A stretch of DNA of 64,000 bases. It comes from Lama guanicoe (lineage: Eukaryota). Position numbers and translations under genes: made by a program. The notes beneath the pieces are model-generated. The model did no database searches. It had not been told where the DNA came from and saw only the letters and a program-made list of their open reading frames with translations. Shown piece by piece: positions 39,133 through 52,651 of this stretch (position 1 is its first letter; each line of letters begins with the position of its first letter). Where the stretch lies: contig MU053472.1 in NCBI GenBank assembly GCA_013239625.1, positions 248,001 through 312,000 of the forward strand, written 5' to 3'.

Positions 39133-39381
39133 AGGGGTGTTCCTGCCATAAGTCCCGATGCTTTAAACCAGTTCCCAGCGGCTCCTGTTCCAACTTTAAG
39201 TGGCTTTCCTATGACTTTGCCTCCTGCGGTGAGTCAGCCGACTGGGATGCCTTCAGGCCCTGTGGGCTCCATGCCCCTCAACCTTGGACAGCCTGTCATG
39301 GGCATTAATCTTGTTGGACCAGTGGGAGGAGCCACAGCCCAGACTTCCACTGGCTTCATGCCAACTTACTCTGCAAATCAG
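39133..39381 (+). CDS. SYNRG: SYNRG exon 10
   Basis: gtag|aggggt...aatcag|gtaaac. RGVPAISPDALNQFPAAPVPTLSGF...PTYSANQ. Confidence 0.95.
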
Positions 39382-39779
39382 GTAAACAGAGAGGCTGTGC
39401 ATATCCCAGATTATCCCTGAAAGTGAATCTGGGCAACTTTTTTTCCATGGATGCAGAAGAGTGCTGTATTATGATAGACACTGGAGGTGAAAATTAAGCA
39501 GTATTAAAACAATACAAAATTTAGTTTCTCATTATTTAAAAAACAAGAAATTTCTTAAGCCTTAAGATATTTGAATTTTTGGTTGAAAGTTTGTAGTTCT
39601 TTATCATGTATGTTCTAAACCTCAAGCTTAATAAAGCTAATTAAATTCCTAGGCTGAGTCTTTTGAGGAAGCTGCTAAACCTAAAATTAAGATGCTTTAG
39701 TTTATTTTTCAGTTCTCAGATTAGCAACAATTTTTTTAAATGTATAACATTTAGTTTACATTCAGTACAAATGTAGGGG

Positions 39780-40290
39780 ATAAGGTTTATTGGGTAAAGT
39801 CTTTTTGGAAGGCATATTTGGCAACAGCTGTCAAAAATCTAAGTGTCTTTATCTTCTGACCTAGCAGTCACACTATTAAGAGTCTACCTCATAGCACTTA
39901 AAAGCTCAAATTAAAAAAAATACAAGGATATTTGTTCTAGCATTCTTTGTTAGAGTAAAATTAGAAATAGCTACATGTCCCTCAGAAGAAGTAAAGTTAA
40001 ATACGTTTTTGTTTATCCATACAGTGATAAACTATTTGATCATTAAAATGAATGAGATAGATATACATGTACTGCATGGAAAAGCTGTCTGTGTTATATA
40101 ATTCCATTTTTAAAGTACAGAACAATATAGTGTAAGCTCACTTTTCTATAAAACAAGTGAACTGATAACAGTGCTCACTTCTAGAGCATGGGATTAGGAG
40201 TCAGTGTTCACGGTTTACTTTATACATGTATGTGATGGGTTGAAATAAGCTTGTATCACTTCTGTAATTTACAAACATGTATAAAATGTT
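39780..40290 (+). mobile_element. Old L1 (L1ME-like) 3' fragment
   Basis: tttggaaggcatatttggcaaca...tctgacctagcagtcacact...cattaaaatgaatgagatagat. Confidence 0.55.
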
Positions 40291-40953
40291 TTTTAAAGAT
40301 GACATTTTCTCAGAAAGTAGTTGCTATTACCAAAACAAAAAAGTTAGTGGAAAGAATGGCATTGGATTTCTTTTTTGCCCATTTCTTTAATATCTAGCTA
40401 AACAGAAGAGACAGGTGGATTGTGATATCTGTTTCTGCATTCTGATAACTTGTTTTGGTTAAACAATATAAAGAAAATTTGGGCTCACACAAATATATAG
40501 TTGAAAAAGAGGAGTATTTTAATAGAATTTCCAGGTAATTGTGCATATGCTTCATTGGTGCTATATCAACACTTGAAAAGAGATAGTTTCATAAAGGTTA
40601 TGTGCCATGTGAAATCTGAAACCATATCAATAAATGTATATTCTTCTTACACTGAAAAAAAAAAGATGGCAGTTTCTCAATAATCTACCAAATATGATTC
40701 AGCTTTTTAAAAATTATATAAATTAGCTATTTAAACCAGTCTTTTACCATTTATAGAAGAGTATCTAAAAATACGAGGATTCCTGCCTTAAGCCCTTGAC
40801 TAGATGTTATGTCTGAAGGATGTTCTGAAATTAAATATTTGCACCTAAATGGGAAGATTTAAAAGATAGTCTTTGAGATTGACAGCTGGGTATTTGTTAT
40901 TTATCTTTTTATCAATTTGATGTTTTCTATTTAAATGTCCTCTATAAACCCAG

Positions 40954-41087
40954 GTGGTAAAACCAGAAGAAGATGACTTCCAAGACTTTCAAGATGCTTC
41001 TAAGTCAGGATCCCTTGATGACTCATTCAGTGATTTCCAAGAGTTGCCTGCTTCTTCAAAAACAAGTAATTCCCAGCATGGAAGCAG
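40954..41087 (+). CDS. SYNRG: SYNRG exon 11
   Basis: ccag|gtggta...aagcag|gtagaa. VVKPEEDDFQDFQDASKSGSLDDSFSDFQELPASSKTSNSQHGS contains AP-1 gamma-ear-type FxDF motifs. Confidence 0.95.
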
Positions 41088-43180
41088 GTAGAAAAGAGCT
41101 GAATATAGTTAACACTGTTTTTAATAATTGAGAAAGAGGCATCCACAATGAGAAGCCCAAGTATAAGGAAGGGAATTAAGACTCCTTACTCGCATGCTTT
41201 CTTGATCATTCCCCCTTTATTCATACTTTTGCTCTTCAGACTCTCTCCTTTGTCCACCTTTAACTTCAGCTTCTGTTTCCTCCCAGTACATACCTACTTG
41301 ACTTTATTTCTTTTTGCATGTGCTAAACTGGATTTATTATAGCTGAGTGCCCCTGGGCAGGGATGACTCATGTTCTTATATAAGATCCAGGTCTTCTTCA
41401 ACTGTTAAAAAGCTTTTAGGCAGGGGCACATAATTTGGTATTTTGCACTATAGTATACTATTAATTTTCCACAGAAATCATAAGTTAGAAATTAAATACG
41501 ATTACTTATTCATGTCTCTCATGTTTAAGTTGAGATCTGTGGGTTTTAGGCCTTCAGATCTGTGTGCAGAGACAGTTACATAAACACTTTTCTCATGTGT
41601 ACAAACTTAACTTTCAGGTACAATAACTGATTCAGTATGTTGTCAACACCTTTCTATCATTTTAAGAAACACATTTAGATACTTTTTCCACCAAGTGGAA
41701 CATGTGAGGCTTTGCGTAAGCAATGTTAATGTCTTTAGTTGTTTTTGGAACTTGCTTTTATTAGGATACATATTCTATTTCTCTTATGTTCCCATTTGAG
41801 CAATGTCATTCATCTTTTGTTTTAACCAGTTGACTATTTCTTCATCAATGCTTCCTGCATACACTGTGAGAAGAATTAAGGGCCAGGTGTTACAGAGAAT
41901 TACAAATTAGGGAAGGAGTTATTCTCCTGATTTTAAGAATACATGAAACACTTGTAAATGACACATAGGAGAAACATGCGAGGGGTGTGACTGTAAAGTA
42001 CTGGGAGTTCCAAGCCCGCAATACCAGCACACACAAATATTATTAACCTGATAGACACGTAATATTTCTTTCTCAGATCTCTTGCTTTGAACAGATTATG
42101 TTCTGCTGCTGTCTATCTAGAACATGTCTGAATGACCCAGGGCATCTCAAATTACCTCCATAAAATTAAATTCATTGTTTTCCTCCTCAAAACTAAATCA
42201 CAACTTGTCAAATCACCATATCCAGTCACCATATCAGAAACAGTTATTTTCAGCTCCCTCCTGTCTCTTTCACCATCAACTCTGTCATCGCTGCTCAAGG
42301 TGGGAAAAGGCCGCATGCTATCTGGCTCCTGCTAGCTCTCTTGGCTATCGTCATTTCCCACTGTACTCCAGCCAGAATGACTCCATACTGACCATGCTCT
42401 TTCAAGCCTCTGGCTTTTTACATCCTGTTTTCTTCAATCTGAAATTCTCCCTATAATTAACTCTAGTTCCATGTCAAAAATCAGTTTAATATAGGAAGCT
42501 TTTACTAACCCCTCTCCATCAGTCCCCACCTCCAAGATAAGTTAAGGGCCCCACCTCTACTGCCGTGGTACCTTAGGAATATCTGTGTCCTAGCTGTAAT
42601 TACTGGTTTGCATGACTGCTTCCCTCACTAGGTTGTAAGTACCTGAAGACAGTCTTTCATGTCTGTATGTGTAGACTTAGCCTGTGATATGTAATTAAAG
42701 ATTTGTTGGATGAATGTATTGTAGTGTGAAAGTTACAAACCAGAATTTATCAAATTGATGGTTCATTCCTCTGGCAGACAGCTCTCTCAGCAGCTGAAAT
42801 TGAAATTTGCTCATAGAAAATTTTAAGTTAGTGGCCAGACCTGGGATATATGTGGTGTTAGCAATTTTGTGTGGCATTATCTCCACAAAACAGTTGCCTT
42901 TCATATGCAGCTATGCTTGGCAGATTTCTCTTTTTCAGTTCTGGCATGACTATGAGTATGCTTTCCTTGCATGAAAACATTTTGCTCATGTCTAAGAATT
43001 CACATTCAGTGTTTGTTTATTCATTCAGAAACATTTATGAAGCATCTGCTATGTGCCAGACATTGGTGTAGACACTAGAAATACAGAAGCAAAAAACACA
43101 ATTCCTGCTCTAAAGAAGCTTAGTTTTATCTGGGTATTTACATTATCTAAGAAAACTCTCTTAGAATTGCTCCTTCAGTG

Positions 43181-43204
43181 GTGTGTGTGTGTGTGTGTGT
43201 GTGT
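43181..43204. repeat. (GT)n microsatellite
   Basis: About 12 GT units. Confidence 0.9.
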
Positions 43205-45716
43205 CCATATATAAAAGTAATTCTAGTTTATGGCAATCTATCTTCCATATTATAAGTTATTTTAAAAGGGTATTTGTTAACATGATATAAATAGTTAAGC
43301 CTAGGTGAGACCACTTTGGGCAGCATTTTAAAGCAAAAATGGGTATTATTTGTCAGGATATGAAAAGGCAAGTAAGGTGTTAGAAGTAGGCTGGAGTGGA
43401 GAGTATTGTTAGCCTGTGAAAAAAATGACATAGTTAAGGGTGGCACCAGTTACAGGATGCCTATGATTTGTGACATAATCTGCACAATTAGCAATTAGAT
43501 GTAAGTGGCATGATGAAAGTAATTCTTGCTACTGTGTATGGGATCAGTTCAGCTTCCATGGTAATCCTGTTGTGAGATTATGTGACAGACTCTGGGTTTA
43601 GAGTTGTAGACTAAAAGTGTGTCTCTGAGAAATTGATTGGACTCGCTGTTGAACTGGATGTCAGAGTCAAAGGAGAAACAGCACTTGAGCTGGCAGGAAG
43701 GGGCATCTGGAAGAGAGCAACATCATTTATCCTGTAAGAAAATACTTGCCGGGTGCCAGGCACCAGGGAGCCTCGTATGGTAAACAAAGCAGACATGGGG
43801 CACTAATGATAGAACAGTTCAGAGAGGATTGAGTTGTAGGGGTTTTGAGTTGGTTTTATTTTATTTTGCTTTTTAAGTGGGTATATTTAGGTGGGTGAGC
43901 AACTAAGTAAAATCATCTACCGCAGCCCCATGGCGTAACTGTGAAACATGAATGATACACCAGAGGAAAAGCAAGATACTTTTTTTGGTGGCGAAGTCCT
44001 CTGAAGTCTTATCTTTCAAAAGAATGCAGGTTTTTAAATTTTAAAACAATATGCCTCCCTTACTGAGTACCTTTCATTACTATTAAGAGTGGAAATAACT
44101 GTGTTCATGTTTGGAACAGATAACTACTTTATATAACTGGTGTAAACATTTTCATAGTGATTACAGTTTTTTTTTAAAATAATAACTTCAGGGAAAGAAC
44201 TGGAATGAATTATTCCTTTGCTATATGCATAAAATTACAGTCTGAGTCATAGCTTTTTGGGAATAGAATTTTATTTTGTTGACTTCAGTCACTGTTGCTT
44301 CACTATCCTGAAGAGCCTTTTTTTCCAATTCTGAAAATAATTTTAAAGTGAATAACATTCAGGTAAGTGTCACATTTAATAGAAGATTGTACCATGGACT
44401 TTAAAGGAACATAGCTAATGTTGGAAAATCATAAAGACAAATGGATCGTTCAACTTTGTGATTTTTTTTCCTGAGATATTAATTAACTTTATTCGTATGT
44501 AAAACTCTGTTCAATGAGTTGTAGTTTAATTACTTACGGAACTTTAAAAAATCCACCTACAGTTGTGTAGATGATGACCTATTTGTCAAAATCAGATACG
44601 TAGCAGCTGTTGGGTAGAGATGTGAGTTTGTAACATTTGGTTACAAACTAAGTCTTACTCCAGCACTGTGGGCGCCCATTAGCTTGCCTGTGCCACAGCT
44701 GGGTGTTGTACCTTGCTTGTAGGCCCCTGATAAGAAGATTTAAATGACTGTGAAAAGATTCTTGCTCCATGGCAAAGAACTCAATAGAAATCCATTTATG
44801 TAATGTGTGTATATGGTATTGAATGACACAAACTAGTAGTGGAATGTAGTCATTCATATGTAAAGGTTGTTCTGCCAGGGGGCTGCCTGGGTCTGATAAG
44901 AAAAAAAAAAAAGTAATTCGTTTATAGTATGTGTCTAAGCCGTTTATAATATCTGTTTGAGCCGTCCAAGAACTACCCACACAGATACTACTCATTACAC
45001 TATTTTTCCATCCAGCGGGAAATGTGTCCACAGGCAAAAGTACCTATCTGATTTTGAAGTGATTGTTGTTTTGCTGCAAAGATAGCTTCTGGAACTGCTG
45101 ATGTGATGCCTGTAAAAATGCAAATTGTATTAACTCGGCTGCTGCTTATCAGATGGGTGAACTTCTGCCAGTAAGCAATGCAGTATGATCAAATGAAGAA
45201 CAGTTTACATCTTGGCTTGAACAGCCTTTCATAAATAGATTTTTATCTTAACTATTCCACCTCTGTATTCTGAACCCATTTTAGAGAATATATTAAGGTT
45301 AACATAATTTACTTTAAAATATTGGGTATACATATTTGGAGCAGTTCACTTGCACAGTTTAATGGACCTCAATTTTAAAATGCAGGTCGTCATCATTCTG
45401 TAATAATCTACTTCCAATGCCATTGCTCTGGTTTTTATGGCTTAAAGATGATTAGATGGTCAGCGTGGATCTGACCCCTCTTCAAATAACCAAGGAAAGA
45501 ATTACTGCTTGAGTCTTGTTTCAGTATATTTTTTTCAAGGAAAAGGATTTTTTTTTTTGTCATTTGTGGTGCACATATATAGTTTCTAACTTTTAAAGCA
45601 GGGAGCCGTGAGTGTTACTAGGTGCCCGATGCCATCTTAATTCTAAGCTCTTCCTTGATGATAAGGGAAGGAGACAATGTTCTGGTCACTAAGAAATATT
45701 TCCTTTTCCCTCTTAG

Positions 45717-45835
45717 TGCCCCTTCTTTGTTGATGCCACTCCCTGGAACTAAAGCATCTGCTTCAATGGATAAATATGCCGTGTTTAAAGGAATTGCAAC
45801 TGACAAGTCCTCTGAAAATACTATTCCATTTGGAG
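45717..45835 (+). CDS. SYNRG: SYNRG exon 12
   Basis: cttag|tgcccc...tggag|gtaaaa. APSLLMPLPGTKASASMDKYAVFKGIATDKSSENTIPFG. Confidence 0.95.
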
Positions 45836-45980
45836 GTAAAAAAGAAAAAAACAGTTGATAAATTTATAAACCTGTGAATGTAAATCTTTGTTTTCAGTGG
45901 TGACTTTTGATGGTAAATGTCCTTGAGTTGTGATCTCAAGGTTCCTAACCTTAACTGAGCTTTCTGTCTTTTCATCATAG

Positions 45981-46043
45981 AGCCTGGTGACAAATATAGT
46001 GCTTTCAGAGAACTCGAACAGACAGCAGAGAGTAAATCTTTAG
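45981..46043 (+). CDS. SYNRG: SYNRG exon 13
   Basis: catag|agcctg...ctttag|gtaagt. EPGDKYSAFRELEQTAESKSL. Confidence 0.95.
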   Translation, partial: SLVTNIVLSENSNRQQRVNL

Positions 46044-46894
46044 GTAAGTGTTTGATTCCTTAAATGGATAAATTACTGCAATTTTTTAATATAAGAGATT
46101 TTTGATGGTTCTTTCAGTGACATCTCTAAAATTATTTTATTGTGTGTGTGGTGGTTTTCTTGTTTTGTAGCTCTAGAAGTTACAAGAAAGTAAAATGTGG
46201 TTCCATGATTGGAAATTATTTTCTGAAATTTAGGACAAACCCCAGATCGATGAAGTTTCCTTTGAAGATAGTGCATTCCCTTTCACTGGAAGCCTTCAAG
46301 CCTAGTTATACTCCTGCGACCACTTTCGATTATTTTAATGCTCATCAAGACTGAAACTGTTCACAGTGCAGCAGTCTGTGGACTGTGCAGAAGGCAGCAA
46401 CCAGTCTTTTACTCCTCAGGATTTTCAAAATTGTCTGTAACTTAATAAGGTGAAGTGAGAGGGGCTTATGTGCCTATATGGTGCCCATCTCTGATAGAAG
46501 GGCTTAAATCATGTGGTTGGGGATATAGAAGGATGATTTGAGAGCTGTATATGTATGTAAAGACTGAAAGTTACGTTTGTGGCTAAATCCTACTAGAAAC
46601 CTGGTGTTTAGGGTTTAGATAACCCATTAGTCAAATGATGTCCTTCAAAGCTTAACCATGCCTGCTGTGAAATTTGTATATTCTACTGAGAATTTCTTCC
46701 TGGGAACAGTACCACATTCTCCCTTTGTGTATTGAATGCTCCGATTTGGAGCATCCTTCCACAATCGTTTGTTCTCACCCTCCTGCCCCAGGAATGGAGT
46801 GGGCAGGTGGGGGAAGATTATAGGAAAGGTAAGGCATACGTGTGAAAGTTAAAGTAGAACATATACTGTTCAAGTATCTCTAAAAATATTCAAT

Positions 46895-47011
46895 GGGAAG
46901 GGTATAGCTCTGTGGTAGAGCATGTACTTAGCATGCAGGAGGTCCTGGTTTCAATCCTTAGCACCTCCATTCGAAAATAAATAAACAAACCTAATTAGTC
47001 CCCCACCCCCC
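46895..47011 (+). mobile_element. tRNA-derived SINE (Vic-1-like)
   Basis: gggtatagctctgtggtagagc...ggtttcaatcc...aaataaacaaacctaatt. Flanking direct repeat aaaaatatt. Confidence 0.8.
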
Positions 47012-47087
47012 AAAAATATTAACTTTTTTACAACTCTTAGGTTTTAGAAATGTTTCATTCAAACCATTAGGATGTAGTAACTTTCTT

Positions 47088-47319
47088 TTTTAATTCTTAC
47101 TTTTTGTTGAAGTGTAGTTGATTCACAATATTAGTTTTGAGTGTACAGCAAGTGATTCAGTTACACATATACACACATATTTTTTTTCAGATAATTTTCC
47201 GTTACAGCTCATTATTAGAAATTGAATATAGTTCCCCATGCTGTACTGTAGGTCCTTGTTGTTTATCTGTTTTATATATAGTAATATGTATCTGTTAATC
47301 CCAAACTTCTTATCTATCG
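47088..47319 (-). mobile_element. Antisense L1 3'UTR fragment
   Basis: ttgaagtgtagttgattcacaata...atatagttccccatgctgtac. 20-bp TSD taggatgtagtaactttctt (47068-47087) / taggatataataactttctt (47320-47339). Confidence 0.85.
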
Positions 47320-47754
47320 TAGGATATAATAACTTTCTTCCTCAGTGCGTGTATTAGGTACTAGGATTATAAAGATAAACCCTAGAGGAACTTTTGGGTT
47401 GTTAATTTGTCATTTTCTCCTAACAGTGCTTTCACCAACTCTTGGGCCAAGGCAAGTTTAGAGTAAAGAACATGGTTTAACATCAGGGTTCTTTATGTAC
47501 TATGTGTTAGTGATCGTGTGATATGTATGCTGTTCCTGGGAAATACAATGGTGCCACCAAAATGTAAGCGGTACCTTAGTCCTGCTTTTGCTGTTCTTTA
47601 CTAACAGAATCCCAGGTGGTCGTAGTCACCATTGTGTGCTTGCTTTCATTCCTGTCTTACCTTTGACTCTAAGGCCTTCCAGGTAGAGATGCCAATTTGT
47701 TCATTTTAGGAGAATGTATTTTATTCTACTCCCATTAAAAACACATTGGACTGG

Positions 47755-47900
47755 GAGGGGGAGGGTAGAACTCAAGTGGTGGAGCGCATGCTTAGCACGC
47801 ATGAGGTCCTGGGTTCAATTCCCAGTACTTCCTCCAAGAATAAATAAACAAAAACCTAATTATCTCCTCCCACTATATATATATATATATATATATTTTT
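47755..47900 (+). mobile_element. tRNA-derived SINE (Vic-1-like) ending in (TA)n
   Basis: ggggagggtagaactcaagtggtggagcgc...gggttcaattccc. (TA)n at ~47874-47896. Flanking repeat ttggactgg. Confidence 0.8.
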
Positions 47901-50126
47901 TTTAATACGTTGGACTGGCTTCATCAGGGTTAGTATCTTAGAATTTATGAAGAGACTTACAGTATTATGGTCAGAACTATAGTTCAAGTCCAAATGACAG
48001 TTGAATAATATTTCCTTTTTTCTACCCCTACAGTTTAAAAGCAGAAATAAAAGTAGGTGAGGAAAATACACTATATAGAGAAGTGACACGTACTGAAGTT
48101 TTAGCACAAAGTGATCTCTTTTGAAATGTTGTTAGGGCCTAGGAAGTGGCAGTTAGGAAAATTTATGAGGATTCAGAAGTAACTGAAAAGCTACCCATGA
48201 AGTAATATGCTTAATGTGCCTGCTGGTAAGCAGGCTTCCAATGACTGCAGCTAATTTATTTGCCCAAAAATCCCTTTATTTTTGTACTTGTAACCCACCC
48301 ATTTTTATCTTTTTAACCCTTTCACCCAGCTCACATTTCTAATGGAAATGTTTACAATTCATCAGTAAGTTTAGTTTGCTGTGGTGATTTTTTTTTTCAA
48401 AATAACAAAGCAAAACTTGTCAATTTCACAGATCTTTTAAAGCAGCACATCCAAAATTTAGGCTGTGACAAAATTGGCTGCTTGCTTTTTTTACAGGAAT
48501 AATACAGATATTATCAATGATATACTTGCTTAAAATTCTAGGGCAATCTTTTTAAGTTGCTTCTCTTGTCAATTTGTGAAATTGACTTAAGTTTTATTAG
48601 TGGTATGTATGAAAACATAAAATACAGAAATTTTGAATGCTGTTCTTCTCTTTCTGAAATTTCCTGAATAATATATAGGTTTCTCTGTTGATAAATTATG
48701 CTGGTGAATTGTTTAAGTATCTTAGGAGGAAAAATAAGCTTCCATTATTTTCTATGGTTTATTTCATATGATATATCAAAGTATACATCATGTTACAAGA
48801 ATAATAAAGCCTGCATTATTTTAATGACAATTTTATATTTTGGTTTTAAATACATTTTTATAGTTAATATGCTTCTGTATCTCACTTTAAGGAAAGATAG
48901 AATTTAAGAAATGGATGAGGAAATTAAAGCTTGTATTTTAATTTATAACTCTGCAGAAATGGCTGTCATATTTTTAAATAATAAGTGATGTTGATAGAAC
49001 TATACTTATGTTTGGTTTATTTCTGATTTTAATTACCTGGTATAACCTAGTGGATTTTATGGAAGACCTTCAGACACTGTTAGAAAACAGATCATCTGCA
49101 TCCTAACCTCATGCCTATGAGTGATCATATTACTATGATAATAAAGAACAGAGACCCTATTAAGAACCATGTGTCTAGATTTTTATCAGTATCTTAACTG
49201 CACTTGTTTAATTATTTATAAGAAGTACCTTAGTACCTATTTTCTCTAGCTAAAAGTAAAGTAATTCTGTCAGTTGCCCCATCTTCAGAGTAGCAAAATA
49301 TAAACTAAAGTTTAAATCCAATCCTCGAAATTTTTAACAATGGAATTGGTATTGAAATCCCTTTGAATAAGTGCTGATTGGTACAATGAGATGGCTGCTT
49401 TCAAGAAAAGCCCAAGTACTCACAGATTTTTGTTGTAAGATTCAGCTTATTTGTTGGAGAATATGCGGGAAAACTACTTTATAACGTGCTCTTAGCAAGA
49501 ATGCTTTGCAAATAAATAGATGCCTTTTCAAAATTTTTGCGTCAGATTCCCTTCAAATTAATGCCTCCATATACTTGAGCAAAACCACATAGTATCTAAC
49601 CTTGTGCTTAAAGTGCCTAGTTGAGCAGAGCATTGTGCATCCTAAATATTATATGCAATGTTTTTCATAATACTTCATTGATCCCTGTGATTTCTTTTTT
49701 TAACCTAACCACCACATAACATATTTTATCTTAAAGGGCCACTGTTTAAATATGCCTCTCTTCAGGAACCTCCAACACCTATTTCTTATTCTACTGTATG
49801 TGTGGCTGACTAGCGCTGGTGAGAGAAAGTCCTGAGAGCAGTGCTTTTGGCCCGTCGAAGGCTCTGGCACTAACAGACATACCACCCTGACATGAGCAAA
49901 TGAAAATGATACTGTTAGGTGCACTCCGTTTGATTTTTATTTATTTCCATATCACTAGCCTTCAGTGTGAAAACAGAAGGGGTATTTGGTGGGGATATTA
50001 TTAAACTGTGCTTCAATACTGTCAAGCCAGTGAGGGAGAAGTCTGTGATATGTTTGTACCTTAATGTGCTTTGCATCATGACCTCCTCAGCTCAGCATTC
50101 TTATTTACTTGGTTGTATTCTTTCAG

Positions 50127-51074
50127 GAGAAAACTTCGCAGAATTCAGATCTGCAGGGACTGATGATGGTTTCACCGACTTTAAAACTGCCGATAGTCTA
50201 TCACCGCTAGAGCCACCAACAAAAGACAAAACTTTTCCAGCCGCCTTCCCCTCAGGAGCTATACAACAGAAACCACAAGCACAAGTGAAAAGTCCTCTGA
50301 ACTTAGCAGATCTAGATATGTTTTCCTCAGTTACTTGCAGCAGTGAGAAACCATTGTCCTTTGCAGCTGCATTTAGTGCACCGAAACCTGTTTCCACACG
50401 ACCCCAGCCGGCGGGGTCTGCCGCAGCTGCGTCAGCACTGGCTTCGGCTAAAACTTCGAGTCTGGCTGATGATTTTGGAGAATTCAACCTTTTTGGGGAA
50501 TATTCTAGTCCAGCATCTGTCGGGGAGCAGGATGACTTTGCAGATTTTATGGCTTTCACTAATAGTTCTGTTTCATCTGAGCAAAAGGCAGATGACAAAT
50601 ATGAGGCCCTTAAAGAGGAAGCTAGTCCTGGCCCCCTGCCCAGCAGCACCAGCAGCACAGGGAAGAGTGGACAGAGCTCAGCTGCTGTGTCAACCAAATA
50701 CGATGTCTTCAAACAACTCTCTTTGGAAGGGTCTGGACTAGGTTCTGAAGAACTGAAAGATAACACTCCTTCAGCAAAGAGTGATGATGATTTTGCTGAC
50801 TTCCACTCGAGTAAGTTTTCTTCCATGAACTCGGACAAATCCCTGGGAGAGAAGGCAGTGGCTTTCAGACACACTAAGGAAGACTCTGCATCAGTGAAGT
50901 CCTTGGATCTCCCTTCCATTGGTGGCAGCAGTGTTGGCAAGGAGGACTCTGAAGATGCACTCTCTGTTCAGTTTGACATGAAACTGGCTGATGTGGGAGG
51001 AGATCTTAAACATGTCATGTCTGATAGCTCTTTGGATTTACCAACAGTTAGTGGCCAGCATCCTCCTGCTGCAG
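50127..51074 (+). CDS. SYNRG: SYNRG exon 14 (large AP-1 gamma-ear-binding exon)
   Basis: ttcag|gagaaa...gctgcag|gtgagg. 948 nt. Motifs ENFAEF, DGFTDF, DDFGEF, DDFADF (x2). Confidence 0.97.
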
Positions 51075-52639
51075 GTGAGGAATTGGTGAGATTGCTCTGG
51101 TGATGGTGATGTAGATTTCAAAGATGATTCTGTGGGTGTGGATTTGCAGAAGACTAAGGTTCTGGCTGTTAACCTTTGTGAATGTCTTAATAATTAACCT
51201 CTTCATTGCCAGTCCCCTTAAAGCAGTGTTAAATTTGATTCTGTGGATACTTGGATATATGGATACCATGAATACTAGGGAACCTAGATTGGATAGCTAA
51301 AATATTTTTATGTTGAAATCTAACACCAACTTGGTGTGTGAGGCACATCAAAATCCACTGCTAAACAAACCCCACATTGCTGGAAATTTTATAAAGATGT
51401 TCGCAGTGTCAGTAATGTTCCTCCATTTCTGTGAGTGAGGTCAGTGTTTCAGTCTCCTTTGTTCTTCTCATGGGTATATTTGGCAGCTGCCAATATAGTA
51501 TCTTGTGTGGTTTACAGAAAATGACTCTTGTTAGGTTAAGAAAGTAAAAACGTCTAGCCAGTTGTCCTGCAGTTTGCCACGTCCCTACAAGAGAAGAGGA
51601 GGGAAGGAGCTTGTGTGTGGGTGCCCGGCGTGCCAGGGTCTGGCAAGGAGCAGGGCGTGAGTTGTTAGTGAAATTTAGGCACGGTTTTCAGTGTTAACTC
51701 TTATTGCTGGAAGTATTAAATTGTAACAAATCTGTAGATGGTAGACTAGGGTGACTACTAACTGTCTCATAAAATGTTGGAAAGCATTTTAGATGGGAGC
51801 CCTCTTTAAATTCCATGTAGCAGTTTATTCTCTAATCCAACTTCCTATCAGAAAAGCTAGATTCCTAAGTGTCCTAGTTTTTATTTTGTTTTGTTCCCTG
51901 ATGTGTATATAGAAAGATAAACCTATTTTGTGGCCTTTAATAATGAGAAATATCTCAGCATTACTGTATTATTCCAGAACATGCATTAATGTTTAGGAAG
52001 GGTTTGTTGTCATTTAACTAGAGAGGGACACATAAGACACTTCCAAGTCTACAGATGCAGGTAGAAATTGTAAAGTATTACGGCCTTTGTATATGTCAAA
52101 TTAGTAAGTCAGAAAACAAAATCGTATCCATCCTTTGGCTGCTGGAGTGTTGGAGGTCTTCTTAAACAGGGTGCTGAATCAGGAGCCAGGTGTCGGAAGA
52201 GCGCCGTGTGCCGTGTGCTCCTTGCTAAGGCCTTTTCCAAGTGCAGTGGGCTGTCTGCAGGGCTCCTCGGGCCCCTGCCTGTCTGCTATTTTTTTTTTTG
52301 TACTTTTCTTCAGATGTTTTCTTGTCTTTTTTTTTGCTGCTGTTTGTTTGCTGGAGTGATTTTGTTTCTCTTTTTTGTATGAGCTGCTTGAGCTACAGCA
52401 GTTGGTTGCAAAGTGCTCCGTTTTCTGAACAACATTTGCTTTTCAGTTAAAAAAAATCTCATAACATGTATACTAGCCTTTTGGACTCTGAAGTTATTAA
52501 TTAGAAGCTATTTTTCTGAAAGTGAATCTATATTCTTTCACAGTGCCAAGCTAGATGTCTTTATGAGATGAGTCTAATCTGGGTTTGGGATATCCTTTTT
52601 TTTTTTTTTTTTTTTTTCCCCTTTGGGGGGGGGGGTTGG

Positions 52640-52651
52640 NNNNNNNNNNNN
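52640..52651. other. Assembly gap (N run) flanked by T/G homopolymers
   Basis: 12 N bases. Confidence 0.98.

Noticed and set aside
50101..50940. 279-aa minus-strand ORF
   Set aside because: Codon-aligned antisense shadow of SYNRG exon 14, with no independent promoter or splice signals.
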